The notes below the pieces were generated by a model. The model worked only from the letters and a program-made list of their open reading frames with translations, was not told the origin of the DNA and did no database searches. From Eledone cirrhosa (lineage: Eukaryota), in contig OZ024743.1 in the NCBI GenBank assembly GCA_964016885.1, positions 96,286,001-96,350,000 on the forward strand: a stretch of DNA of 64,000 bases. The letters are read 5' to 3'. The position numbers were made by a program, and so were the translations under genes. Below are positions 41,759 to 55,431 of the stretch, one piece after another. Each line of letters begins with the position of its first letter. Position 1 is the first letter of the stretch.

Positions 41759-41812
<54 letters not shown>

Positions 41813-42130
41813 ATGTATATGTATGTATATAAATATATTTATATATATGTGTGTGTGTTTTTATGTGTGTATATGTGTATGTGTATGTGTGTTTATGGTT
41901 GCGCGTGAGTGTGTGAGTGAGTATGTTTTTTTGTGAATGTGTCTGTTGATTTTTGGCATATAGTTGATTAGTTTAAGAGGGAATTCATTAAAAGCTAATT
42001 CTACAAAGCTATAGTTTATTTTTATTTATTTATGTTTGTATATATGTTTGTATGTATGTATATATATATATATATATGTGTGTGTATATGTATGTATATG
42101 TGTGTATATTTATATATATATATATTTATG

Positions 42131-42185
<55 letters not shown>

Positions 42186-42250
42186 ATATGTGTGTATGTA
42201 TTTGTGTATATATGTATGTATGTGTATGTGTGTGTATATGTGTATGTATA

Positions 42251-42351
<101 letters not shown>

Positions 42352-42394
42352 ATGTATATATATATGAATATATGTATGAATGGTGTATCTCTCC

Positions 42395-42453
<59 letters not shown>

Positions 42454-42559
42454 GTGCTTTTTCCTTATATATGTGTATGTGTGTGTGTGTGTGTGCATAT
42501 ATATGTGTATATATGTATGTGTGTATGTGTGTGTATGTATATGTATATATTTGTTTATG

Positions 42560-42593
<34 letters not shown>

Positions 42594-42859
42594 TATATGT
42601 GTATATATATATATGTTCATCAGCACTTGTAGAATATGATATCTTGTCTTTTAAGATACTTCATTCCGGTATCTGATACCTTACTATATTTCAAAATGCA
42701 TACCATTGAAAATTCTCTGACATACACATGTTAGAAGTTGATGGCTAAAGTATCTCATGTCAGGGTTGGTAAAATCAACATCTACTTCCTCATCATTATC
42801 ATAATTATAATCATCTTTATCAGCAGCATCATAATCATTATCATTATCTTGATCATAGC

Positions 42860-43042
42860 GGTGGATTGGCAGTATCGGTAGAGGGTTGGATGCCATGCTT
42901 TCCAGCATAGAGTTACTGCCCTTGCCATTCTGAGTTCAAACCCCGCTGAGGTTAACTTTTCCTTTCATCCTTATGGGGTCGATAAAATAAAGTACCAGTA
43001 ATGCACTATGTAATTGCTGGCCTTGTGTCAAAAGTAGAAAAA
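42860..43042 (+). mobile_element. SINE family A, full length, 17-bp TSD
   Basis: ATTATCTTGATCATAGC at 42843-42859 and 43043-43059. Confidence 0.94.
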
Positions 43043-45159
43043 ATTATCTTGATCATAGCTCTCAACTTGATTATGATCATCAGAATCATCTTCTTCCCTA
43101 CACACCACCATTGTTTTAATGTCAGTGAGCATATATTTAAATGTGTGTAGCACACAGAATATGGCCACTTGTCATGCACGATCCTTTGTCTTCTCTTCTA
43201 TGAGGCCTAATCTGGTGAGATCTATTACTTCCTCCCGTCTTTATCTCTGAACTTTTATCATAGTTACCTTCCATTGTCAGAACACAATGAAACTGCTTCT
43301 CTAGTCGTTAGTGATAACACCTTCATACACTAGTTGATTATTCAGGAGTGGAGCTAATGACAAAACATTATGTAGACATTCAACCTGTTAAAAATAGGAA
43401 CCAGATCTACTCCGACTGTTTGACCCTAAGACTGGCTCTAGTTCTGTGAAATGAAGTCATCCATTTTAAAGGGTTCCTATTTAAATTAAAATCTTCCAAC
43501 ATAATTTTGTATAAGAACCATATATTAAGCTATTATTTTAGTAATGAAATAACAAATTTAGTAAAAGTCCTAAAATTTCTTCATTAATTAATTGAAATAA
43601 AGTTTCATTAGAAATATGGTTATGAAAGGGTAAAAGAAAAAAATGGCAGTCATATTTTCCAATGTAGTTTTAGATGTACAAAAGTTTGAAATGGTCATGA
43701 TTGAAATTCTTTTGATCAGATGTCTTCATCTCTGTAATAGCCTTACTCACCATTCTGAAGTAAATCTCAGCACTTCAGTTAGTTTTATTTGAGGCAAGTT
43801 CTTACAATGATGTTTGTTTATCCCTGCATTCATCAACTTGTGTCTATTCAAAAGGAACATTGACTGTGTGTATCTCTCCAGTCTCAGTGGGCTACAAAGG
43901 GTATGGGCTTGGTTTCCCTCTTCTTGATAAAACTAATACAGAACAAATCTCAGTCATATGTCTCATTTAGCAATCTTTTTTCATCATAGAGCATTCCATA
44001 TATATACTTTTCATTTTACTTGAACTCACTACTGTAACATTATGAGTTCCAATTCTGAACTAGGTAGTAAATTAGTCAGTCTTCAGCAAATATAAATATT
44101 GTACTACCTAGAGATACAAAAGCAAAAGGGTCTAAAAACATCAGACTGATAAAATGACAAGTCAGTCAATCATATTGGTGTTCTTGATCAAGATACCTCC
44201 TTTCATACTACTTCAGTCCATTCAGCTGAAAACAAGTATCAGCATCAGCTGGAGGTTAACTCTTCAACGGATTATTTTGAGAGCAATACCTTAACATCAG
44301 TATGAGTGGCTAGTTATGATCAGTTTGAACAGAAAGAGGTGAGAGAATTCTGGCCGGATATGGCCGGTTTAAATGCTAAGGGGTTAATGCCAATAAAATA
44401 GGATAAGCTGTGACACCATGAAGTTCTGAACTTAGGTCAGTCTTTAACTCTTGTCATTCTGCATGAGAACAAGTTACCTTACATAGTGTACACACATGTC
44501 TTTTATCCTCATAGTCCAGATAAATCTGATATCGTTTCATGCCTAGTTCCTTCGTATCATTCCTTGCTACTCACTTTCTTTCAACCTTTCAGGTTTATAA
44601 TTTCTTTCTTTTTTTTAACTATTGAAATGTAAACTATTGTAAGGTTGGAAAAGCTTCTGCACAGTTTCCACCTACCAATGAAGTTATGGTAGGAGACACT
44701 TTGCAAGTTGTGTGCAGAGGGATAGAATCTGAAACCGCTAGTTGAGAAGCAAACTTCTTAGCTATACACCAATGCCTACACCCATTCTTAGATTTCTTTT
44801 CCACTGAGCTATTCTTTCACTATGTCACGTGTCATTCACCCTCTAGCTGGAGTTCTGTTACACCTACAGAATTTATAAGAACATATGTTTGAGGCATGTT
44901 GTCTTTTCAGAATTTACAATTGATCCCATGACAACCCATTCATTACCATATTTTAAATGAAAAACATTGCCAACAATTTTCAATTAATTTTTAGAATAAT
45001 CAAAAATCTGGGGGGATTCATTAATATAACTGACTTTCTCATTATAAACAGTTTGGAACAGAACTTGTGGAAAAGTTCTCACAAAAAGACATTATAACAG
45101 AAAGTTTAAATTTAAACATAAATACTTTAAAGTAAATGTTATTTTCTCCCTCAGCAAAC

Positions 45160-47345
45160 TGAGGATGTTGAGAAGGAGTGGAGATTGTTCAGTGCAGCAG
45201 TTTCTACTTCAGCTGTGAAATGTTGTGGGCGAAAGAGGTTTGGTGTGGAGTTAAATGGTAGGAGGACTCCTAGGTTCATTCAAATCAAGAGGTCAAAGAT
45301 GCCATCCAAGCAAAGAAGGAGGCTTACAAAGCTTGGCTTGGAAATAAGTCTTCCATCTTGCACTTGTGGTACAAGCAGGCATGAAAAGTTGCAGCAGAGA
45401 CAGTAAAAGCATCCAAAATTAAGGTATGGGAAGACTTTGAGGTAAAGCTAGAATCCGACTTCAGATTAGCAAATAAAGTGTTCTGGCAGACCATCCGTCA
45501 ACTTCATAATAAGAATCCTTCCTCCACACCTACTATCAAGAATGCGTCTTGGGTTCTCCTTTCTTCGGAGAGATGAATCCTTGCAAGGTGGAGAGAATAC
45601 TTTGCTGATCTTCTAAACCTAATCACAACAGCATCTTCGGATGTACACGAGGTGCATCTGGGAGCAGTGACAGAGGCTGAGGTCACAAGAACAGTTAAAG
45701 AGCTCAAATGTGGCAAAGCTGCTGGGTAAGATAAAATCCGGCCTGAGGTGTTAAAAGCCTTAAATAGAACAGGTATTCTCTGGCTGACTCACGTGTGCCA
45801 GGTGCTTTGGATCTCTGGAAAGGCACCTAAGCAATGGCAATCAGGAGCGATAATCTCACTTTTCTAAAAGGGAGACAAAAGAGATTATTCAAATTACAGA
45901 GGGATCTCCTTGTTAAGCCTCCCCAGTAAAGTCAATGCTAAGTGTCTGCCAAAAACATGCAGGGAGATTTTTGAGTCCAAGCTAGCTGATGAACAATGTG
46001 GTTTTCACCCTGTATGCAGCGCAGCTGACCAAATATTCACACCGCAACAGGTATTTGAGAAATCGTAGGATTATTGCCAAGAAGTATATTTTTATTTTGT
46101 CAACCATGAGAAGGCATAAGTCTATGTTTCTCGGGACCTGTTATGGAAGGCTGTGCAGGAGTATATGATTGAAGGTCAACTTCTTGCTGTCCTCATTTCT
46201 CTATACGAATGCCTGAATATTTGTTTCAGATAAATGGTACTAAATTGAAACCATTTAATGTGGGAGTCAGACTCCGCCAAGAGTGCGAACTGTCACCTCT
46301 CCTGTTCATTATTTTCTTGAACAGGGCGGTGGATTGGCAGTATCGGTAGAGGGTCGGACACCATGCTTTGCAGCAAAGAGTTATGGCCCTTTATGGTCTG
46401 AGTTCAAATCTCGCCGAGGTTAACTTTACCTTTCAACCTTACAGGGTCGATAAAATAAAGTACCAGTAATACACTGGTATAATTGCTGGCCTTGTGCCAA
46501 AAGTAGAAACAGGATTGATATACGCAGCCGGGTTGGAAGTGGTATCATGACAGGCAGGTGTAAAATCAGTTGGCTGGAATTTACAGAGGTCATAGTGTTA
46601 CTTAGCTCGATAGAAGATGATCTTTGACTTGCACTTAAGAGGTTTGATGCCAAGTGCTGCATGGCTGCAATGAAAATCAGTGCTGTGAAAACTGAGACAC
46701 TCGTCCTCTCATGGAAGCCTGTGTAGTGCTCTCTACATATAAATGGAGTTCCACTGAAGCTGGTAGAGAAGTTCAAGTGTCTCGGGGCTGTCTTCACGAG
46801 TGATGGAAGGCAGGAGGCTGAATTAAGTGTAAGAATTGCAGAGATGGTGCAACAGTGTGCCAGCTTCAGCATTCAGTAATTAGAAGAAGGGAGGTAAGTG
46901 TAAAAGCCAAACTCACTCTCTTCAATTTGGTTTTCGTGCCAACCCTTACCAATTGGTTATGACTGAAAGAATATGATTGTAAATACAAGTGGCCAAAATG
47001 GGATTCCTCTTTGGAGCAACATCACTTGATATCAGAGAGTCACTCCAGGTTGAGCCGCTACTTCCCCAAATTGAGAGATCACAGCTCCGATACTATGGGC
47101 ATGTGGTTAGAATGTCTCAGGAAAGAATCAGTGGAGAGATTTTATGGGCAAAACCGACAGGAGACCCAGAGGTAGAATCCGAGCAAGATGATTGGATAAC
47201 ATAAATGAGCTTGGCTGGTCTTGCTTGGGGATCTAGCCAGATCAATTGGAGATGGTTGCTTCTGACAGGATCCGCTGGAAGGAGTGTTTGAAGACTCTTC
47301 CCTATGATCTTCTCAGGAATAAGTGGGCAAAGAAGAAGAAGAAGT
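45160..47345 (+). mobile_element. Decayed RTE LINE of Rex3/Expander type, interrupted by a SINE
   Basis: GKAAG*DKIRPEVLKAL, NYRGISLLSLP, LRQECELSPLLF, LQVEPLLPQIERSQLRYYGHVVRM. Ends in an (AAG)n tail. Confidence 0.87.
46325..46510 (+). mobile_element. SINE family A nested in the LINE
   Basis: Full head and tail, with a short AACAGG duplication. Confidence 0.9.
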
Positions 47346-47736
47346 GTGTACAATGATGTAGAGGTTCTCCTGTTAGCTGAGAGGATTCAGTAACCAGTGG
47401 ATCTCTTAGTTTACATAATCGTCTTCCTGTTATATGTTATTAGCTTCCTAATCCTCCTCCTACACATTCCCCTCTAGGGAAGGATGTTGTGCTCAAAGCT
47501 AACAACTTCTTCAAACCTAAAAAGAAAAAAAAATTACTCAAATGATTTTTTTTTTTTCAAATTAAAAATTTCGTTTGGGAATTTCAGATGGAGAAAACTT
47601 TGTTATTTTCATAAATAAAAATTGGGAGAATGGTGGAAAGAATGAAAACTAAAAATCATCATCATTATCATCAACATCATCACCCTCTTCCTCATCATCG
47701 TTTTTATGCCTGATTTTTTTATGCATTAGTTAGACT

Positions 47737-48063
47737 GGAGGCACATGGCTTAGGGGTTAGAGCATTGGCCTTGTAATCGAAAGGTTGTGAGTTCAATTCT
47801 CAGACCGGGTGATGTGTTGTTTCCTTGAGCAAGACACTTTATTTCACATTGCTCCAGTTTACTCAGCTGTAGAAATGAGATGATAGGGACTGGGGTCCCT
47901 ATCATTCCACTGCAAAGTGGTCGTGGAGGTGCCATGGCAAAAAAGCACCCAGCACTCACTGTAAATGAGGTTGGTGTTAGGAAGGGCATCCAGCTGTAGA
48001 AATCAAGCCAGAATCAGTTCCCGTCCCACCCTTGCAAGCAGGGAAAAAGCGGACGTAAAATGA
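47737..48063 (+). mobile_element. SINE family B, full length: tRNA head, CORE-like body and RTE-derived tail
   Basis: A/B boxes, CTTGAGCAAGACACTT, hairpin ATGATAGGGAC-tggg-GTCCCTATCAT. The 3' 155 bp match the LINE UTR at 5162-5364. Confidence 0.93.
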
Positions 48064-48889
48064 AATGTATGTTTTATGTTTATGTAGACTAGTCCTCTTC
48101 AGTATAGCATCTCTCTACTTTGTCATTTCCTATATGAATTCCCTTTCTTGAGATCAGCTCTCACCACCTGGATTTGGAAACTGAAATTGAAAATAAAAAT
48201 TTAAATCAACTTTCAGTTAAAAAAATAAAAATAAAAACAAATAAAATTAGTTTGAATCTGAAACAATGAAATGTTCTCTTTGTTAAACCATCACTAAAAT
48301 AGTTCTTAAAACAATGTCTTGTTATTAACATATTCCATGTTTCTACATTATCAATAAGCTCGGATATGACTGTGTGGTTAAGGAGCTTACCTTTGAATCT
48401 GTCCAGAAACTTGTTGTATATGTGTGTCTGGTTTATTTATTTTACATAATTAAGCAGTTTGACAATAAGCAATAGATAAAACAAGTACAAGGCTTGAAAA
48501 TAAGTAGTGGAGTCAATATAATTGACTTAATACGCTGAAAGCAGTGCTTCAGCATGGCCACAATCTAATGACTGGAGTCAGTAAAAAAGATATCCTTTGA
48601 ATTGCAAAGTGGCAGTCTTTTGATAAAATGTACAAATCAAATTTGTGTAAAATCTTCTTCATAATATTGATTGATTAGCCTCCAGTCAACCCTGATCAAG
48701 CAGACCTATGATTAATTCCAGCCTCAATCTACCTTTTTATTTCTTATTTTTTCAATTTTGTTTTTGCAGAGAAGTGTGAATGTGTAGCCACTTGTATTCC
48801 TGTTTCAGTAAAACTTCCATATTTTCTATGGTAATACTAGCTGGAATTCGTTTCTTTAGATATCACTCTGGTATTGCCAGCACCTTTAA

Positions 48890-49089
48890 CCCTTTAGCAT
48901 TTAAACCAGCCCTATCTGGCCAGATTTCTCTCACCTCTTTCTGTTTAAACCAGCTTAAACTGGCCACTCATACTTATGTTAAAGTATTGTTCTCAAAATA
49001 AATAATATGAAAATATCATAGATTTGATATTATGTAAGATAACCATGAAAATATAATAGTAAGTACAGAGTAATGTAAATACTAAAGGG
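48890..49089. mobile_element. piggyBac-type MITE
   Basis: TTAA-CCCTTTAGCATTTA...TAAATACTAAAGGG-TTAA. A half copy lies at about 44300-44387. Confidence 0.8.
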
Positions 49090-49273
49090 TTAAGGTAAGA
49101 GAAGTTACATTGATCTGGCTATTTTCTGATTATCCCAGTTTCACTGTTATTACATAAATCAAAGATACATTACTATTTTGAATAACTACATACACACATG
49201 CACAGACACAATCCCCCCCCCCTACTTATCAGTCTTCTATACTATGGTCCAATAATAATATTGTTAAACAATT

Positions 49274-49315
<42 letters not shown>

Positions 49316-49492
49316 TGTTTCCTTGAGCAAGACACTTTATTTCACATTGCTCCAGTTAACTCAGCGGACGTAAAATGATGATGATGATGATGATATATAT
49401 ATATATTATATATATATATATATATGATAGAAGTAGAAAGTAACTATATGGTTGTATAAAATACACATATACATATATTATATATATTTTGT

Positions 49493-49610
49493 GAAGGCGT
49501 GTGGCTGAGTGGTTAGAGAATTGGATTCACAATCGTGAGATCGTGAGTTCGATTCCTGGACTGGGTGATACATTGTGTCCTTGAGCAAGACACTTTATTT
49601 CACATTGTTC
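49493..49610 (+). mobile_element. tRNA-SINE 5' part (a deleted family B piece lies at 49315-49395)
   Basis: TGGCTGAGTGG, AGTTCGATTCC, CTTGAGCAAGACACTT. Confidence 0.8.
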
Positions 49611-49739
49611 CTTCTACCAGGAGTTGCGACCGATAGATAGTATTAGCAACTGGAAAGACCGACGAAAACATTGTTTCCTCGGTTCGATTTGACGAAAGTT
49701 GATCGATCTTTTATATATATGTGTGTGTATATGTGTATA

Positions 49740-49771
<32 letters not shown>

Positions 49772-50567
49772 CATATAGAACTAACTTTAGCCCCATATAA
49801 ACGGCTGTTATTTCTAGCAGAACGAGTATGCGGCAGCTAGAAACTGGAAAACCATGTGCGTTAAACAGTCTTTTTAAATATTTTGAAGTGAAACATACCA
49901 ATTGTTCAGGGTACTTGCTGAGCTGAGCAGAGCTGAACGGGGTATTTTTTCACTTTTTCATTTCGAAACTTATTTGGATTTTGATGTTTAAACTTATCTA
50001 CGGAACAAGTTTGATTTTGAAATTTAAATTTGTCCAAGTACCACGGCCATTTGCCAATATCGTTTGTTTTTATTGATTTATCATTTTAAATCGAGACAGG
50101 CAAACTGTATTATTATAATTAGTATTTTTCAATCTAGCTAACTTAGTCATTTACAATACAAACACTTATATGTTGGTATTTGTGTTTTATCATATATATT
50201 AATTTATATTAACTTGTATTACACGGCTCAGAAATACTTCTTTCTTTGAGCTATTTCATTGTAAAGGACTGCTTGAGTTTAGAACTCATTATTCCTAGTA
50301 CATATATATATATATATATATCAAAGGTATATATTGAGTTAGAAACTCAAAACAGTCTCTTACAATTAAATAGCTCAAGGAAAGTATATTATAATTGAAT
50401 ATAAAAGAGGAATAAACACAGATATATAGACATTTGTGTTCAAATCGTAAGGGACCAGGATCGCTAGGGAGAATAAATACTAACTATAACCATAAGGGTT
50501 TGCCACACTCAATTTAAAAGAATAAATCAAGAAAATAAATACAAACCAGCATGGGGTAACTACCCAA

Positions 50568-50644
50568 CACCCAGACAGCTTTTGGCGGAACTGTTTTGCA
50601 ATTTAAGTGAAGAAGACTACCAATTCTTTGCTTATCAGTGGGTG
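50568..50644 (-). ncRNA. Decayed type I hammerhead motif
   Basis: caccca-CTGATAA-gcaa...ttgc-AAAAC-agtt ccgccaaa agct-GTC-tgggtg. All three stems are present; G8 and G12 are mutated to A. Confidence 0.6.
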
Positions 50645-50835
50645 TAAAATTGTAAGAGACTATTTTGAGTTTCTAACCTTTTATATATTCAGTTCTGTCA
50701 ATTTGTAGAGCTAACTTAAATGTCGAGTAAACTTGGCTGCTATATTTTGTAGATTTGTGAGACACGCTGGATATTGATGTCATGTGCGTTATATTATACA
50801 CGCACAATAGTCAGTCTTCTGATATACTTAGAAGT

Positions 50836-51120
50836 GAGGAGTTTACTAATTTATATATGAGGTTTACTAATTTATATACGAGCTTTACTAATTTATATAT
50901 GAGGTTTACTAATTTATATACGAGCTTTACTAATTTATATATGAGGTTTACTAATTTATATACGAGCTTTACTAATTTATATATGAGGTTTACTAATTTA
51001 TATACGAGCTTTACTAATTTATATATGAGGTTTACTAATTTATATACGAGCTTTACTAATTTATATACGAGGTTTACTAATTTATATATGAGGTTTACTA
51101 ATTTATATATGAGGTTTACT
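50836..51120. repeat. 21-bp minisatellite with alternating 42-bp higher-order unit; resumes at 52320-52370
   Basis: ATGAGGTTTACTAATTTATAT alternates with ACGAGCTTTACTAATTTATAT. Confidence 0.95.
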
Positions 51121-52320
51121 CACAGGTAAGCTAACTAAGAACATAGATTTTACATGTGGCCGGTGCTCTGGTGCAATAAGTAGCAGCAAGTGCCCACAAA
51201 ATACTAGCTCCTTCAACTGCGCAGAGGGTTCTATAGAAATAGTGGACAGCTTCCGTTATCTGGGTGACAAAATCAGCAGTGGGGGAGGGTGCTCTGAAAG
51301 TACAGTAGCTAGAGTCAGAACTGGATGGAAAAAGTTCAGAGAGCTTATACCACTATTAGCCGCTAGAGGGTTCTCCCTAAAAATGAAGGGCAGGTTATAC
51401 GATGCCTGCATACGAACAGCAATGCTGCATGGCAGTGAGACCTGGGCATTGTGTGCAGAGGATATACGCAGACTAGAGAGGAACGAAGCTTGCATGCTCC
51501 GCTGGATGTGCAATAGTAATATACGCGAACGGCAAAGCATAAACGAACTAAGGAAAAAATTAGAAATAAGAGGGATCAGATGTTGTTTACTCGAGAGAAG
51601 GCTACGTTGGTACGGTCACGTGATGCGCATGAAAGACGACAGCTGTATAACAAAGTGCAGGGCAATAAAGATAGACGGTAGCCACGGAGTAGGCAGACCC
51701 AGAAAAACATGGGACGAGCTGATAAATTCCGACCTCACACGCTTACACCTCTCCAAGACAATGTCACTGGACCGAGACCTTTGGCGGTACTCAGTAATAG
51801 AGAAGACCCGCCTTACCTAAATACAAAGTAAAAACCTACTACAGTCAGTAGGCACCTCTATCAAAACACACCCCCGTCCCACCACCTCCACCCCACCCAC
51901 ACCGCCCCTTTCAATGTAAAGTTATGTTGGTCCCACAACATCCAGGCCGAAACAAATGAGATCGTGTAGGTGTCACGACAAAAAACACACAGTCCACGCT
52001 GTAAATGTGGCCGTGTAGGCAACACGGTAAAAACCTCCCAGCCCCACACTGTAAATGTGGTTGGTGTTAGGAAGGGCATCCAGCTGTAGAAAACCCGCCA
52101 GACAGTCCACGCTGTAATGTGGCCGTGTAGGCAACACGGTAAAAACCTCCCAGCCCCACACTGTAAATGTGGTTGGTGTTAGGAAGGGCATCCAACTGTA
52201 GAAAACCCGCCAGACAGTCCTATGCGAGCAAGACAACCACTCTTGCCTCAAGTGGGAAAACCCCCGTCCAAACCCATGCAAGCGTGGAACACGGACGCTA
52301 AACCTGATGATGATGATGAT
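51121..52320 (+). mobile_element. RTE LINE family 2, 3' 1.2 kb, with a tandem duplication in the 3' UTR
   Basis: ORF 51242-51820 (FRYLGD, ARVRTGWKKFREL, GRPRKTWD) and a (GAT)n tail. About 51990-52104 is duplicated at about 52104-52216. Confidence 0.95.
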
Positions 52321-52361
52321 ATGAGGTTTACTAATTTATAAATGAGGTTTACTAATTTATA

Positions 52362-52990
52362 TATGAGGTTGCATACAAAGTTCATTTTGGACAAGGAAAA
52401 GAAAAGACCTTTATTTGGTTATGATGAATATATTGAATCAAGATATTTTCCCTTGTTTTTAATAACATAATACCATCTGGCTGGCAAGATGTTGATCCCA
52501 TTAGTATAGAATTCTTCAAAGAACGATTCAATGTCCATTTTTACCTCTTCTTGATTTGTAAACTGTTTTCCATTTAGAAAATATTGCAATGATTTTACAA
52601 GATGATAATCCAATGGAGAAACTTGAGGTAAATAAGTAGGGTGAGGCAAAACTTCCATATTAAGTTATATTGTGTGTAATTCAAGCAATATGTTGTCTTG
52701 CATTGTCATGTAGGACCAACATACCTTTACGATTTGCCAATGCTGGCTGCTTTTTCTGCAAATTTTGATGTAATGATTCCAGTTGGTGACAATACTTAAC
52801 AGCATTAATTATCTCACCTGAATTCAACACTTCATAATAGACAACACCCTTCATATCCCACCAGACACAGAGCATAACCTGGGTGTAGTCTTTGTTTGGG
52901 TGTGGTGTCCCCCTTTCATAGGGTGATAACCATTGTTGTTTTCTTTGGATATTGTACTGTACCCACTTCTCTGGTTATTATTCTGCCCAT
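52362..52990 (-). mobile_element. mariner transposon remnant (DDD domain, pseudogenised)
   Basis: MLCVWWDMKGVVYYE, LHDNARQH, HPTYLPQVSPLDYHL (cf. HPPYSPDLAPSDYHLF), GINILPARW. Confidence 0.9.
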
Positions 52991-53149
52991 AAAGGGCGCT
53001 CTTTGATCAAGTTGAGTAGCAATCAGATTATGTGGCATAAACTGACCAAAGTTAGGCACCTTCCCCAGTTGAGTAGCAGTCAGATTATGTGGCATAAACA
53101 GCTAGCAGTGAGGCCACCAGTGATATAAACACTTACTAATTCAAGGCAA

Positions 53150-53620
53150 GCTTCATAAAAGTAGTTTGTAATTTCTGTTCTCTATGTGATCTAATTAGTA
53201 ATGTACTGTGAAAGCAGAGTAGCCAGAATATGAATGAGCTGGAAAAAGTTCAAGGATCTATTACCTCTGTTGGTAAAGAAGGGATTCTCTTTAATTTAAG
53301 AGTAGATTGTTTGATGTCCGTTTACATGAAGTAATGTTACATGTTTGTGAGATATGGGCATTGAATGGAGAGGATATGGAAAAGCTAGAAATAGAGAAAG
53401 TAAACATGCTCCACTGGATGTGCATGAACAACAAAGTATGAATGAGCTGAGAGAAAAAGTTGGTAGGTGAGGAATCAAATGTAATGTACAAGAGAGAAGA
53501 CTGTATTACATAGGGGTGATGACAGGTAAAAATGTGTCAGCAATGGAAGGAAGCCACAGAAAAGGAAGACCAAGATAAATGTGTACAAAAGGAAGAAAAA
53601 CGTATTTTTATATACTCAAC
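53150..53620 (+). mobile_element. Very decayed RTE 3' fragment
   Basis: WALNGEDMEKLE..MLHWMC, ELREK. Confidence 0.7.
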
Positions 53621-53779
53621 CTCAAACTAGACCTGATATTTATATTTATAGTAGGAAATTAGATGTCTTAGATTTATTAAGCTAGAAGAAAAGGAAGGAT
53701 TGGTTTGTTTCTGAACTGACTCAATTAGCCATTCTCTGAGTAGCCAACAATTAATATTTTTATATTATTACTGGCAGAG

Positions 53780-53952
53780 TATCAGTAGAGGGTCGGACAC
53801 AATGCTTTGACACATAGAGTTATGGGCCTTGCCATTCTGAGTTCAAATCCCGCCGAGGTTAACTTTGCCTTTCATCCTTACGGGGTCGATAAAATAAAGT
53901 ACCAGTAATGCACTGGGTAATTGTTGGCCTTGTGCCAAAAAGTAGAAACAAT
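53780..53952 (+). mobile_element. SINE family A with 16-bp TSD
   Basis: ATTATTACTGGCAGAG lies on both sides. Confidence 0.9.
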
Positions 53953-55327
53953 TATTACTGGCAGAGATTTAACAACATATCAACAACAACACACATTTAA
54001 GGCCATTTTCTCTGTGGGAGCAAGTGTTAATTTTTTTATACTTCTTGAAACAGCGTTTTACTGCTGATGCTCTTCCTGGTACCAACTCCTTAACTTACCT
54101 CTTACAATATGATATATTATGCTATATTATGGACAGCCATTGATTATAGTGTATGGGTATTTATAGATGCTACAGAGTTGGTGTTTGATCTTGTATGAAT
54201 CATATTTAGTAATCAGCAATCCATTTGACCCTATAAACCACACATGATGCAAAAGAACAAAAATAGAAAGGATAAACTAAAAAAAAAAAACAAAAAAAAA
54301 ACGGTTGGCAAAAATTTTTCTGTTTATTTCCTAACCAAAAAATTCATAGCCACAAAAATTAGAGATAAAATATGTTAATGATGACAAAAATGAAAAACAT
54401 CACGATTCTAAATCGGAATCATCAAAACATTTAAGATTTTTTATGAATTCAGAATAAATAACAATCTAATTTTCTGAAGACATGTTTTTAAATGACTGAA
54501 TATATATAAAACAACAATAACAACAACAATAAAAAGCAAGCAAACAAAACAGACACACATACTAGTTGCATCATTTACCTTCTTGAGACAAAGCTTAATA
54601 TGGTTGTATGAAAAATAAGTGGCAAAGTAAATCTGCCTTCATTTAACTGAAATTAACTGTCCACTTTGGAAAGGAAATAACATTTGATAGAACACTCCAT
54701 AGAAACAGCTGAATGCTTTTACCTGGCTTTTGTTGTTCAGTTCGATCAAACACTATCCTTTGTTAGGGCGTTTTCTTTTTTCTTTGGCTTGTTTTTCTTT
54801 TTAAGAGTAAATATTGCATTTTATGTCATTGAATATTGTAAGGAAAACTTGTTTAGAAATGTGTGACATTATGTTTTCTTAATATTCTTTGTGAAGCAAA
54901 TATGATATCTATACAATCATTCTTCTATATTGTTTAGCTATTCATTTCAACACTGCATGTATTGTTTCACAGTTATATACTGTATATTTCACTGGTGAAT
55001 TAGCAGAGTTATTAGAACGGCAGAAAGAATTCTGTGTTATTGTTTTCAGTTCACTTAGTTCAAATTCTACTAAAGTCAGCTTTACCTTTCACCCATTCAA
55101 GATCGATAAATAAAGTACCAGTCTAATACTGGAGTCAATTCTTCCTTTGTCTCTCTTTCACTCTCATTCTCTGGAAGAAATCAGCTGTGTTCAGACCTGT
55201 TGAGGGATGAGCTCCACAAATTCCCTAATGCATGCAATATATCACTATGGGTGCCCCTATAACTCCATCAGGAATTAAGGTCCTTTGGTATGGCATATTT
55301 CACTATTTACATACTGCAATATATATA

Positions 55328-55370
<43 letters not shown>

Positions 55371-55390
55371 TGTCTGTGTGTCTGTGTGTC

Positions 55391-55431
<41 letters not shown>

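Larger units (their letters stand above)
40805..41762 (+). mobile_element. 591-bp unit in partial tandem carrying U3:A8-variant hammerheads
   Basis: 40805-41172 is repeated at 41396-41762. Motifs at 41011-41098 and 41602-41689. Confidence 0.8.

Noticed and set aside
47737-47810. tRNA genes at SINE heads
   Set aside because: A/B boxes are present but there is no complete cloverleaf, and the sequence continues into SINE bodies.
48769-48830. Candidate host micro-exon (TTTTGCAG...ATG/GTAATA); another acceptor-like site at about 58317 and a minus-strand candidate at about 54580-54647
   Set aside because: Only splice-like signals and no recognisable protein. It needs RNA-seq.
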